Position numbers and translations under genes: made by a program. A stretch of DNA of 64,000 bases from an uncultured Methanosarcinaceae archaeon. GTDB lineage: Archaea > Halobacteriota > Methanosarcinia > Methanosarcinales > Methanosarcinaceae. The notes under the pieces are model-generated. The model was not told the DNA's origin and did no database searches. It worked only from the letters and a program-made list of their open reading frames with translations. The stretch spans positions 215,864 to 279,863 of the forward strand of contig CAWJYV010000004.1 of NCBI GenBank assembly GCA_963847185.1, in the 5' to 3' direction. This document shows, one piece after another, positions 7,364 to 17,553 of the stretch. Numbering within the stretch: position 1 is the first letter of the stretch; the number at the start of each line of letters is the position of its first letter.

Positions 7364-10078
7364 CTATTCGGCTTGTCCTGGGACAATATCAACAGGTAAG
7401 GTATGACTGTTCTTTTGTTCTTTCAAAAAAATCCCTTTCATTCCGCCTGAGATCAGGGATGCTATGTCTTTTAAGGCAAAGCTCTGTTTGAGTCCTTTTG
7501 GAAGAGCGATATATTTAGGGCTCCACTCGGGATTGAATTTCTCTTTAAAGTCCCTGAGACCTTTATAGTTATAAAAATGGTCTCCGTGAGCGTAAATTAA
7601 AGATCCGATTTTGTGCCACATAGGGGCAAACTGTCTTTTTTCAAAACCTGATAGGGGAGCCATTCCAAGGGAAAAACTCCTGTAGCCTTTTTCTTTTCCC
7701 CAGAGCATGAGCTTGACAAAAAGGTATTCCATTGTCCTGTCAGGGGCATCTGGGCTGTGGCGCATCAGGTCAACGCTAAGTTCTTCTTTTTCTGCGCCTG
7801 TCCAGATGTTTGCAAAAGCAACGATCTCGGTTTCGTTCCGGACAATTGCTGCAGGGAAATTCCTCAGATATTTTTCATCAAAAAAACCTATAGAGAATTT
7901 CTTTTCTTTTCCGGCTTTAAGTTCCAGCCAGGCATCTGAGATCTTTTTAAGTTCGGGCAGGAGAGCAGGAACTTCTTCAGGAGGGATGATTTCAAAGTGG
8001 TACCCTTTTTTCTCAACATTCTTTATTGTGTAACGGAAATCTTTGCTGGCGCTTCCTTCAAGGGTGAAGGGCTCAAGAGGTACTTTGGCTTCTTCCCCTA
8101 TTTTGATCAGGGTAAGGCCAAGGTCAAGGAAGATGGGTATATATTTTTCACCAACTTCATAAAAAGCGGCTCTTCCCTGGTGAAGTTTGCTCATTTCATA
8201 AAAATCCCAGATCAGTTCCTTTGCCTGAGCGCTGGATCCTGCTACATCCCCCATTGAAATCCAGGTCCTTCCGGAGACCCCGTACATTAAAAAGGCTTTT
8301 TTCTCATCATCGAAAAGGAGATATTTATCTCCTGTAAATACCAGGTTTCCCCAGGTTTCATCACTTTGGTTGATAATTGTTTTTGCAAGTTCTATTTCCT
8401 CTATGGTTGGAAGGTGTATATCTCTGGAAAAAGGACTCAACATCTTCGCAATCCCAAAAATCAGAAGCAAAGAGAAAACTGCAACCATTGCCCTTAAAAA
8501 ACTGGAAGCCTGGGAATTAATCCCGAATTGCCACCAGAGTTCGTTTGAATATTCCACGTTCCTGTATGAAAAAAAACCGAGCCAGACAAAGCTTACAAGT
8601 ACAATAGTTATTGCAATCAGGTTCTGCCTGCTAAAAGACTGGTGCAGGAGTGACGATTTTCTATAGAAATGCTTCCTGCAAGGAAATAGAAAGGCGAAAA
8701 GAGCAAAAAGAACTGCTGATTCCTGATAATCAAAGCCTTTCAGAAGGGCAAAAATTCCTCCCAGAAAAAGGACAGCAAGAGAAAGAACATATGCTCCATC
8801 GATTCTCTTCCAGAGCCCGTTTGCCAGGAGCAGAAGCAATAAACCCATAATGCTGCCAAAAAACCTGGAAGCTTCAATTAGAGGAAGAGGGACAAAGTAG
8901 GTCAGATCGTGCACATATTTAGGATTTGAAGGCAGGGCTCCGGAAAAGAGGAGAGAAATGCCTCCAAGAAAGATCAGGCCGGAAAATATCTGAGGTGCCA
9001 GCTCTGAAAGATTTGAATACGTAGCTTTACCAATTTTTTTTAAAAATTTCTCTCTTTCTGTATATTCCTGGAATATAAGGGCCAGAAATCCAAAAAGGAA
9101 GGGAATAAAGTAGTAAATTGCCCTGAATAGGAGAAGGGGCCTTATTATATCAACGGTATTGAAGTACGGCTCCAGCATAAACAGCATAAGAGTCTCAAAA
9201 ACTCCAAGTCCTCCAGGAACAGTACTTATCAGTCCTATCAACTGGGCAAGCGCAAAGAAAACGAGCACGTGAAGCAGGGTAAGCTGCGGGTTTGAGGGTA
9301 GAAGGAAGTAAATTATACAACCTGAAAGAAGATAGTCTATTGAGGATAATGCAAGCTGCTGGAAAGCGATTTTCGGTTCAGGAATCCTGAACTGGTATTT
9401 TTGAATCTTAATTTCCCGCTTCCAGAATGAAAGAGAAAAGTAAGCAATGAGGAACAGAAGTAGAAGAATTCCAATTACATTTAACGGAACAGGAATTTCT
9501 GGCATGTAAACTGGCAGCTTTACCGGATAAAATGTGAAAAGCATGCCTGCAACGAAACAAAAACCTATCCAGAAAGTGGAAATGCAGAATACTATGATTT
9601 CCCAGATATGGGTTAAAGTTAGTCCGTATCTGGAATATTGCCTGTAACGAAGAGAGCTTCCAGTTAGGAAGTTAAAACCTACGCTATAGCTGATGGAGGT
9701 GCTGATAAAAGAAATAATAGCAGTCCGTTTATACGGCATTGAAGGTATCGAAGGTGTTGAAGATATTGAAGGTATTGAAGGTATTGAAGGTATTGAAGGT
9801 ATTGAAGTCATTGAAGGTGTAGAGTTATTTATACTTCTGATTGCCAGGTAATCGTAGCCTGTTAAAACAACATAACTCAAAAAAGTAAAAAGGAAAGCAA
9901 CTCCTATATGGCTGAGGGGAACACTTCCAATACTTTGAACAATGTCACTAGAATGTAGATGGTGCACCTGCTTATCCAGTGTCCACAAAGCCAGGGAAAA
10001 TATGGCGACTGGTAAAAGATAACCTATCAGGCTCTTCATTTTGGGGATTTTTTCCTGTATGCTGCCGTTTTCTCTCAT
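7364..10078 (-). CDS. mprF: Bifunctional aminoacyl-phosphatidylglycerol flippase/synthase (MprF)
   Basis: Multi-TM N-terminus with VPGGLGVFE and LLFRAIYY. C-terminal synthase domain with KIGEEA, SVDLMR, FSLGMAPLSG and FYNYKGLRDFKEKFNPEW. Confidence 0.93.
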   Translation of the reverse strand: MRENGSIQEKIPKMKSLIGYLLPVAIFSLALWTLDKQVHHLHSSDIVQSIGSVPLSHIGVAFLFTFLSYVVLTGYDYLAIRSINNSTPSMTSIPSIPSIPSIPSISSTPSIPSMPYKRTAIISFISTSISYSVGFNFLTGSSLRYRQYSRYGLTLTHIWEIIVFCISTFWIGFCFVAGMLFTFYPVKLPVYMPEIPVPLNVIGILLLLFLIAYFSLSFWKREIKIQKYQFRIPEPKIAFQQLALSSIDYLLSGCIIYFLLPSNPQLTLLHVLVFFALAQLIGLISTVPGGLGVFETLMLFMLEPYFNTVDIIRPLLLFRAIYYFIPFLFGFLALIFQEYTEREKFLKKIGKATYSNLSELAPQIFSGLIFLGGISLLFSGALPSNPKYVHDLTYFVPLPLIEASRFFGSIMGLLLLLLANGLWKRIDGAYVLSLAVLFLGGIFALLKGFDYQESAVLFALFAFLFPCRKHFYRKSSLLHQSFSRQNLIAITIVLVSFVWLGFFSYRNVEYSNELWWQFGINSQASSFLRAMVAVFSLLLIFGIAKMLSPFSRDIHLPTIEEIELAKTIINQSDETWGNLVFTGDKYLLFDDEKKAFLMYGVSGRTWISMGDVAGSSAQAKELIWDFYEMSKLHQGRAAFYEVGEKYIPIFLDLGLTLIKIGEEAKVPLEPFTLEGSASKDFRYTIKNVEKKGYHFEIIPPEEVPALLPELKKISDAWLELKAGKEKKFSIGFFDEKYLRNFPAAIVRNETEIVAFANIWTGAEKEELSVDLMRHSPDAPDRTMEYLFVKLMLWGKEKGYRSFSLGMAPLSGFEKRQFAPMWHKIGSLIYAHGDHFYNYKGLRDFKEKFNPEWSPKYIALPKGLKQSFALKDIASLISGGMKGIFLKEQKNSHTLPVDIVPGQAE
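9738..9820 (-). repeat. In-frame 9-bp tandem repeat inside mprF encoding (SIP/STP)n
   Basis: About 9 units of plus-strand ATTGAAGGT; the protein reads STPSMTSIPSIPSIPSIPSISSTPSIPSMP. Confidence 0.9.
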
Positions 10079-10318
10079 CAGGATCCGATTCCTTTTGTAT
10101 CAATAGGAGTAGAGTTTCTAATGTTCCACCTACTCTCTTAAAGTAAATATATTTTTGGTAAGTTAGTAAATTAGATATTATGCAGGGATAATTATCATAA
10201 ATTCATGCTTAATTCTTCTGCCTTCTTTTTTGTATGATAAAGCCCTCAGAATTGCAGTCTAAATATATATAAATACTTGTACTTCAGCCAAAATTTCAGG
10301 AGATTTTATTTTTATAAA

Positions 10319-10378
10319 AAGAGTAAGGAAAATCCTGAATTTACCTATAAGAGTTAGGAAAATCCTGAATTTCCCAAT
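10319..10378. repeat. 30-bp direct repeat (2 copies) upstream of mprF
   Basis: AAGAGTAAGGAAAATCCTGAATTTACCTAT followed by AAGAGTTAGGAAAATCCTGAATTTCCCAAT. Confidence 0.85.
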
Positions 10379-10513
10379 TCTAGGTGCTGGAATGGATTTT
10401 ATTTTCATCGGCTTTCCTTTACGTTCCTTTAAACCGATGGATTCTATATTTTGCCAGATCCATACTCACTAGAATCTATCTCTACCAGAGCAAATACTCA
10501 CCAGAGACCACAT

Positions 10514-11170
10514 TCACCAGAGTCCGTATATCGGACCCACAAAAAAGAACGCAATTAAACCAATAGTATTACTAAAGCCATGAGCTATAACTGATGCCCA
10601 TAAATTATTCTCGTATTTGAGTTTTAGTAAACTGAAAAAAATCGCATCCAGAGTAGTGAGAACAACTCCAATAATCCCCTGTTCAGTATGTGCAAGCCCG
10701 AATAAGAAAGAAGAAAGAATTATCCCCAAAAATACCCCTATCCAGGGGTTTTCAAACAGATCACACATTCTCTTTTGAAGATATCCTCTATAGACAATTT
10801 CTTCTCCAAATGCAGCCAGAGTCCAGGTTAGAACAAGAAACAACAATAAATTGCCAAAGTTTCCTTTAAGATTCTCAAATGCACTCAGATCCTGCGTTGT
10901 TCCTGTTAAATGATTTAATACAGGCATGAATAGAGCGAGATGCAGGAATGTCCAGACAATTACCAGTAAAAAAATATTTATTGTCATCCTGAATGCATTT
11001 TCGGGCTTTTTAAAACCCAGTGCTGATAGTTTCTCTTTCCGGACTAAAAGTGAAATAGCGGCTATTCCTAAAATTACTATTGTAGGTACAAGTAAATCAA
11101 AAATGATAACTAGGGCAGCGGTTGTGAATTCAATAAGGGAAAGGATTCTCCAAAAATTGATATTGTTCAT
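10514..11170 (-). CDS. CPBP-family (Abi/type II CAAX) intramembrane metalloprotease
   Basis: Motifs EEIVYRG, FGLAH and HGFSN in a hydrophobic multi-TM protein. Confidence 0.9.
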   Translation of the reverse strand: MNNINFWRILSLIEFTTAALVIIFDLLVPTIVILGIAAISLLVRKEKLSALGFKKPENAFRMTINIFLLVIVWTFLHLALFMPVLNHLTGTTQDLSAFENLKGNFGNLLLFLVLTWTLAAFGEEIVYRGYLQKRMCDLFENPWIGVFLGIILSSFLFGLAHTEQGIIGVVLTTLDAIFFSLLKLKYENNLWASVIAHGFSNTIGLIAFFFVGPIYGLW

Positions 11171-11404
11171 TTTTAAAAGCCTCTGGAATGGAACTTCTGA
11201 ATGCTATACGTTTCTCTTTGTTTTAAAGAAAATGAAAAGATAAAAAAACTCCCTTCAAAGCTTAAAGGAAAGAATGGATTGAGAACGGCTTTTCCCGTTG
11301 TATTCGATCCTGATTCCGCCAGAAATTTTTTCTCGGTGTCCCAATAATGATTTTACCAGAGGATTCAAAATTAAAATTAGAGAAAAAGTTAAGGAAGAGT
11401 GAAT

Positions 11405-12811
11405 TCACGAGGTTTCCGCTTTTTCGGCATGTCTGACAGTAACAAACCTGGGATTTTCCTTAACTCCTTTCTTTTTGCTTCTGAGGATTTTGAATTCCTT
11501 TGAAAGCATGGTTAGAACCACCAGTGCCATTATATATTCTGCAGCTGGAGACGCAGCCCATATTCCTTTAAGGTCAAAGAAAAGGGGCAGGATGAAGAGC
11601 ATAGGAAAGAGTAAAAAGAAAATCTTTCCCAGATTAATGAAGAGGGCTTCCTTGACTTTGTTTATTGACTGATAATAAATAGCAGTGAGCAGCACGGTCC
11701 CTTCAACAAGTAAAGAGAACATGAAAATATTCATTCCTCGAAGAGTAATTTTCATAAGTTCGGGATCATTCCGACTGAAGATTCGTATTATATCCTCCGG
11801 GAAGAAATAAAGCAGCGCAAACCCGAGGACTCCTATGAGACTGCATGTAAAGATTGTCAGTTTCAGAGTTTTTAAAACTCTCTTATACGAGCCTGCCCCG
11901 TAGTTGAAACCTATTATCGGCTGAACTCCCAGTGCTACTCCTTCAAAGAGCATATAGAAAATTGAAAAGACATATCCTATAATGCCGTAGGCTGAGACTG
12001 CAAGCTCGGAACCGTATCTGAGCAGCATATAATTATGTGCAAAAAGCACAAGAGACAGTGATATCTGCATTATGAAAGATGGAAGTCCAGCTCTAAAGAT
12101 CTGGACCAAAGCCTCAATCTTTAAGCTCATAGAGTTCAGCCTGAGTTTCAACTTTGCCTTGCTTCCAAAAAGGTAATTCAGCTGCAGTAATGCAGGCAGA
12201 GCAAAGGAAAGGACTGTTGCAGTAGCTGCCCCTGACATTCCCATCCCCATGCGCATGACGAAAAGGTAGTCAAGTACTACGTTTAAAACTACTCCTGCAA
12301 TCATAATGCTCATGCAGAGCCTCGGCTTTCCGTCATTCCTGACTAGGGGATCAAGGGCAAGAGTAAGGACCATAAAAACCGAGCCCAAAAAAATAATCCT
12401 GAGATATTCACGGGCAAAGATAAGGGCAGGTCCGCTGGCTCCAAGCAAGCTAATAAAGGTTTCACAAAAGACAAGCCCGCCTATAGTTAAAATGGCTCCT
12501 GAGATCAGGCATAAGGGAAAAACATTATTTACAATATCGAGAGCTCCCTTTGTATTTCCCTTCCCAAGTTCCAGGGCTGTAAGGCTCGACGAACCTATCC
12601 CGATGATTACGCCTACTGCAATTATTGCCACATAAGGAGGGTAAGCAAGAGTAATTCCTGCAAGTCCCTGACTCCCAATGACATTTCCTATGAAGAAACC
12701 GTCTATTATACTCTGGATCCCAGCGATTACTACTCCCACAATTGTCGGGAGTACAAATTTCGAAAACAGCCTTGGAATGCTTCCGGATCTCAGTTCTTCA
12801 TCATTTACCAT
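11405..12811 (-). CDS. MATE-family efflux transporter
   Basis: About 12 TM segments with IDGFFIG, NVVLDYLF, GAATAT and GVQPIIGFNYGAG. Start set at MVNDEEL (12811), which has GGAGG just upstream; the ORF track start at 12931 looks over-extended. Confidence 0.92.
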   Translation of the reverse strand: MVNDEELRSGSIPRLFSKFVLPTIVGVVIAGIQSIIDGFFIGNVIGSQGLAGITLAYPPYVAIIAVGVIIGIGSSSLTALELGKGNTKGALDIVNNVFPLCLISGAILTIGGLVFCETFISLLGASGPALIFAREYLRIIFLGSVFMVLTLALDPLVRNDGKPRLCMSIMIAGVVLNVVLDYLFVMRMGMGMSGAATATVLSFALPALLQLNYLFGSKAKLKLRLNSMSLKIEALVQIFRAGLPSFIMQISLSLVLFAHNYMLLRYGSELAVSAYGIIGYVFSIFYMLFEGVALGVQPIIGFNYGAGSYKRVLKTLKLTIFTCSLIGVLGFALLYFFPEDIIRIFSRNDPELMKITLRGMNIFMFSLLVEGTVLLTAIYYQSINKVKEALFINLGKIFFLLFPMLFILPLFFDLKGIWAASPAAEYIMALVVLTMLSKEFKILRSKKKGVKENPRFVTVRHAEKAETS

Positions 12812-12812
12812 A

Positions 12813-13094
12813 TCAGGTCCTCCACATGTTGCAAGCTTTATTTTCAAAAGCCTGTAGTCGTTCATCCTGGTCTTTCCGCTGTCCGAAAGTCCTGGTATCT
12901 TCTGTGAAGGGCAGATAATCCTTAATTTCAAGTTCCGGATTTATCTTTGCTGTTTTCAGGTAAAAAAACCTGTTCAAAGAGATAAAGGGGATATTGTACT
13001 TTTTTGAAGACTTATATTTTTTAGAGGATTCATATTTTGTAAGTAAACTGAAATACAGATACTCATCATTTTTTAATAACTCAAACAAAGTCAT
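12813..13094 (-). CDS. Hypothetical protein directly upstream of the MATE gene
   Basis: 93-aa ORF ending 1 nt before the MATE start and overlapping its RBS. No domain recognised. Confidence 0.3.
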   Translation of the reverse strand: MTLFELLKNDEYLYFSLLTKYESSKKYKSSKKYNIPFISLNRFFYLKTAKINPELEIKDYLPFTEDTRTFGQRKDQDERLQAFENKACNMWRT

Positions 13095-13947
13095 TTTTCA
13101 TCCTGATGGAGCTTCAGAAACATTCAGATTCAAATATAGCTGCTTTGCTGCAGAATTAATCGGGCTGTCTGTTCTGAATGGTGCGTACCGATGTTCCTGG
13201 AGGGTTTTTGTGCTGCGGGAGGGCAGTGCAAATCCGTTTTACAAAGCTCCATCATTTAAAGGTAAAAGTGGATTCAAGCAAATCGAGAATCCTGTGAATC
13301 AGTGCAACAAAGCAGGTAAAACCATTATTCAGATAGTCAGCCTGGAAATCAATATTATATGCTAAACAATATTTTAATATTTATACATTTACAGCCTTTT
13401 TTGTTTTAGCATGTTATTTATTGGATTAAAAAAATGATCGCTGGTCTGTTTTTAGCAAGAATATTTGAAAAATGAGCTTTGTATAAAACTTAGATTATCT
13501 CTCTTAGCCTGCCTATTTATTAATAAAGTCACATTTAGGCTGGTTCTGTCTCTCAAGTACTTATAATGGTTTTTTTGTCGTATTTACAGCTTTTAACTGC
13601 TTGAATTTTCACTTAGCATAAAGTCGTTTTCATGTTTTTTTATTTTTGTATCTGGGATAATACTTTTTTCTAGTAAGTCCTGACTTTCTGAAAACTCACG
13701 TAAGACAGGAGATAAACTTCCAAGATAATAATTAGTGTTTTTGAAATCAAGATTTTTATATGAAAAAAGAATTGGGGCTTACCAACCATTTTTTATGCAA
13801 GGAGCACCTTTAGATTTTTAAACTAATCTTAAACTTGCTTAAACCAGTTTGCTTAAAATCGCTTACATACCTTTTAAATAGGTCTTTTCACAGCCTTTTT
13901 TCTTAATTTTAAAATTTCCTTACCGGAAGAGAATAAACTGATCTGAT

Positions 13948-16614
13948 ATGTCTGCTAATAATTTCACCTGTAATCCTCCTGAAATCCTGGCTCCTGTAGG
14001 AGACCAGGAAGCTCTCCTTGGTGCAATAAAAGGAGGAGCTGATGCTGTTTACCTTGGAGTCGGCGAATTTAATGCCCGCCAGGGTGCTAAGAATTTCACT
14101 CTAGAAGAGCTGGAATCCGCTATCGACCTTGCCCACTCACATGGGGTTTTTGTTTATCTGGCCCTCAACATCCCAATAAAACAAAAAGAATTGCAGCACG
14201 CCGTTGAGATAATAGACCAGGCGTATGCATTCGGAATCGATGCAATCATCCTGCAGGATCTCGGACTTCTAAGACTACTTAAAGAGATTTATCCTGACCT
14301 TGAGTTGCATGCAAGCACACAGATGACAATTCATAATAAAGAAGGTGTCGATTTCGCTGCAAGTCTTGGAGCCTCACGGGTTATAGTTTCAAGAGAACTT
14401 ACTACAGCCGAAGTAAAGGATATTGTTGACCATTCAAACGTGGGCATCGAAGTTTTTGTCCATGGGGCTCTTTGTTATTCCTACTCAGGAAAATGTCTTT
14501 TTAGCAGTTTCCTGCATGACAGAAGCGCAAACCGAGGAGCATGTGCACAACCATGCCGACGGCGATACAAATTCGTGGTAAACGGAAGAGAAATTGATGA
14601 GAAATATGTTGGAGGCAGTTATCCCATAAGCTGTGCCGAGCTTTCCACACTGACTGGACTTGAGGAAATAGTAAATACAGGAGTTGTGAGTCTTAAAATA
14701 GAAGGCAGAATGAAAAAGCCTGAGTACGTGACAGCAAGTGCTGCTGCTTATAAGGATACAGTTGAAGGCATCTGCAGGCCAGAAGGAAATCCTACAAAAG
14801 AGGAACTTGAATCAAGAGAAGCAGAGCTTGCAAAACTCTTTTACAGGGGCTTTACAAAAGGTTTCATTCTCGAAGAAAAAGGTGTATCTCATCCCAAATA
14901 CAGCTCAAACTACGGAGCTTACCTTGGAAAAGTTCTGGATCTCTCCCGTTCAAAAGGAAATACGAAACTCACAGTCCGGCTGGAAGAAGATATTCAGGTA
15001 AAAGATGGAATAAGCATCTTCACGCGGGAAAGGATGCTTGGTTCTGCAGTTGCAGGCATAATCACGATTGCAGGCGAACATGGAAAAAATGCGAAAAAAG
15101 GTGAAAAAGTAGGGCTTGAGATCAGCTCCAAAACCGGAAGAGCAGTTCAGAGAGGAGATGAAGTCTACCTAACTACAGACACCAGACTTCTGGACACCCT
15201 TGAGAAAACAAAATTGAAAACCTTTCCTGTGAGCTTGAAAGTAAAAGCAAGGAAAGGAGAAAAATTAAAAATCGAGATTCGAAAAGATAATGAGGAAAGT
15301 ATTGAAAGCAGTAAGGGAAGCATAAAAAGTAACGAAAAAAGCATTGGAAATGAAGAAGCTTCCATAGTAGAATTTGAGGATGAATATATAGTTCAGGCAG
15401 CTGAAAAAGCGCCAACTACAGCCGAGCAAATAAGAAAGGCAATGGAAAGCCTTGGTGACACTTCATTTGAAGCTAATGATGTTCTAATTGAGGCTGATGA
15501 AAATATTTTTATCCCTGTTGGTGTGCTGAAGAATGCAAGAAGAAACGCTGCAGAGCTCCTGCTTGAAAAAACGCTGAAAGCGTATAAAAAAGAGCAAAAA
15601 AACCCGCTTCTGGAGAGTTTCAATCAGCTGTGTGTTTCAGGAAATCATGAAGATAAAGTCAGCATTGAAAAAAGAATTGAAAAAAGCATTGAAAAAAACA
15701 GCGATAAAAGTAGTGAAAATAATAATGACAAAGAATGTATTCTTGTGAGCAAGAGGAAGATAAGGAGTGCTCTTTCAAATCAGCTTTTCCTCAGCGTTGA
15801 GATCAACAGGCTTCCTTCCCTTTTTAAAGCTGCAGATGCAGGTGCAGATATCATTTATATCCCTATTTCAAGATTTGAAGCGCTGATGGAACTCGAAAAT
15901 GCGGAGAAACTTGAGGCTCTGAAATCCAGAGGAATTGAGCTTGTCTTCAAAATTCCTCTAATAAACCATGAAAGGGAACTGGAAGAACTCAAACCCCTGG
16001 TGGAAAACGTAAGAGATGCCGGTTTCAGTATAGCCTGCTCCGATCTCGGGGTTGCACAGCTCGCAAAAGAACTTTCAGTACCTTTTGTAGCTCAGAAAGA
16101 GTTCAATATCTTCAATGCCTTCACTGCGAGCACTTTCTACCGGGCAGGAGCATATCGGGTTACTCTTTCGAGTGAATTGAACCTGAGCGAAATAAAAGAC
16201 ATCTGTGGAAACCTCCATACATGCGGAGAGACAGGGCAGACAGAAGTTTTCGTTTATGGCAGAGAACTTATGCTAATTACTGAAAATGATCTCTTAAAGC
16301 CTCTTATTGATAAAAAAATCGTTAGAATTGACAGCGAAGTGTCCCTGCTTGACCAGAGCGGCTCGGAATTTCCCGTAAAGCGCCTGGGTACGCGGACTCT
16401 TATCTATAACTCGAAAGTGCTTGATATGCTGAAATATATCAAGAATCTTAAGGGATATGGAATGGATGTAATTAGGCTTGACCTGTCACTGAATAATGAT
16501 GCTGAGATAAAAGAGATCGTGGAAACATATAAAGAAGCGGTTGCAGGAAGAGAAAAAAAGCTGAGTATAAAAGGGGTTGAATATACAACAGGACATTACT
16601 TTAAAGGGGTTTGA
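13948..16614 (+). CDS. U32 peptidase-family Fe-S protein, long RlhA-like architecture (probable RNA hydroxylase)
   Basis: PEILAP, GADAVYLG, LHASTQM, EVFVHGALC-x6-C-x15-C-x3-C, SLKIEGRMK and C-terminal YTTGHYFKGV. Confidence 0.88.
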   Translation: MSANNFTCNPPEILAPVGDQEALLGAIKGGADAVYLGVGEFNARQGAKNFTLEELESAIDLAHSHGVFVYLALNIPIKQKELQHAVEIIDQAYAFGIDAIILQDLGLLRLLKEIYPDLELHASTQMTIHNKEGVDFAASLGASRVIVSRELTTAEVKDIVDHSNVGIEVFVHGALCYSYSGKCLFSSFLHDRSANRGACAQPCRRRYKFVVNGREIDEKYVGGSYPISCAELSTLTGLEEIVNTGVVSLKIEGRMKKPEYVTASAAAYKDTVEGICRPEGNPTKEELESREAELAKLFYRGFTKGFILEEKGVSHPKYSSNYGAYLGKVLDLSRSKGNTKLTVRLEEDIQVKDGISIFTRERMLGSAVAGIITIAGEHGKNAKKGEKVGLEISSKTGRAVQRGDEVYLTTDTRLLDTLEKTKLKTFPVSLKVKARKGEKLKIEIRKDNEESIESSKGSIKSNEKSIGNEEASIVEFEDEYIVQAAEKAPTTAEQIRKAMESLGDTSFEANDVLIEADENIFIPVGVLKNARRNAAELLLEKTLKAYKKEQKNPLLESFNQLCVSGNHEDKVSIEKRIEKSIEKNSDKSSENNNDKECILVSKRKIRSALSNQLFLSVEINRLPSLFKAADAGADIIYIPISRFEALMELENAEKLEALKSRGIELVFKIPLINHERELEELKPLVENVRDAGFSIACSDLGVAQLAKELSVPFVAQKEFNIFNAFTASTFYRAGAYRVTLSSELNLSEIKDICGNLHTCGETGQTEVFVYGRELMLITENDLLKPLIDKKIVRIDSEVSLLDQSGSEFPVKRLGTRTLIYNSKVLDMLKYIKNLKGYGMDVIRLDLSLNNDAEIKEIVETYKEAVAGREKKLSIKGVEYTTGHYFKGV

Positions 16615-16806
16615 GGAAGAAAATAAAGATGGAGTAAATAAGGGATATAAATTAATGGAGATATGGGAAAAGTGTTATAAAAATGAGAGATACGAAATAA
16701 AAGACATAAAATAAAAGATAGAGTTTCAGTAATCTCCTAAAATTCCATTGACCTCCAAAGGCGAGAATATCAAGGCTTGAAATATACGCAAGCAGAGGAT
16801 AATTTG

Positions 16807-17553
16807 ATGCAGGAAAAGAAGACCCCCCAGTTTCAGCAGTCCAGAAATTGTCCGGCAGAAAAAGATTCTTTCAAATGCGAGCTCATAAGTTTCAATGAGG
16901 TCTTAAGGCTTTCCAAAATTCTTTCCCGGAAAATCAAAGCTTCTGGTTTTATACCTGACCTGATTGTTGCTATTGGGAGAGGAGGCTATGTGCCTGGAAG
17001 ACTGATTTCCGACTTTTTGCTTTTCAATAACCTTACTTCGATGAAGATAGAGCACTATAAAAGAGCTGCCGACATTCGAGAGGAGGCGAGAATTCGCTAT
17101 CCTATTTCTGTGGATATAACTGGAAAAAAGATTCTGATTGTTGATGATGTAACCGATACCGGTGACACATTTCTCCTTGCAGTGGACTATGTATGGAGTT
17201 TAAAAGCCGCAGAAGTAAAAACTGCAGTGCTTCAGCACAAGACCTGCTCTGCTTTTGTGCCAGACTTCTATGCCCAGAAGATCATCAGATGGCGCTGGAT
17301 AATCTACCCCTGGGCCCGATATGAAGACCTTGCCGGATTCACAGAAAAGATAATTATGGACAGGACACTGGACCTTTCCCGGATTTTATCGGAATTTAAA
17401 AACAGATATGGACTGGATGTAAAAGAAGCAGAGATTCTCGAAATTGTGGACGATCTGGTTGAAAGGGGAGAAATAGAATGCTTTGAAGGGGATAAACGGC
17501 AATGGAGAGTTTTGAAAGATAAAGTGCAATCTGATAAGGAGCAGGAGTTATGA
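16807..17553 (+). CDS. Type I phosphoribosyltransferase
   Basis: AIGRGG, the PRPP-binding loop ILIVDDVTDTGDT and WIIYPW. Confidence 0.88.
   Translation: MQEKKTPQFQQSRNCPAEKDSFKCELISFNEVLRLSKILSRKIKASGFIPDLIVAIGRGGYVPGRLISDFLLFNNLTSMKIEHYKRAADIREEARIRYPISVDITGKKILIVDDVTDTGDTFLLAVDYVWSLKAAEVKTAVLQHKTCSAFVPDFYAQKIIRWRWIIYPWARYEDLAGFTEKIIMDRTLDLSRILSEFKNRYGLDVKEAEILEIVDDLVERGEIECFEGDKRQWRVLKDKVQSDKEQEL

Noticed and set aside
7355-7366. Pyrrolysine read-through of the mprF TAG stop
   Set aside because: A TAA follows two codons later, so read-through would add only three residues. None of the split genes in the window is broken by an in-frame TAG.
11405-12931. 508-aa MATE protein with a 40-aa N-terminal extension
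   Set aside because: A clear GGAGG precedes ATG 12811, and the extension overlaps another ORF and is not MATE-like.
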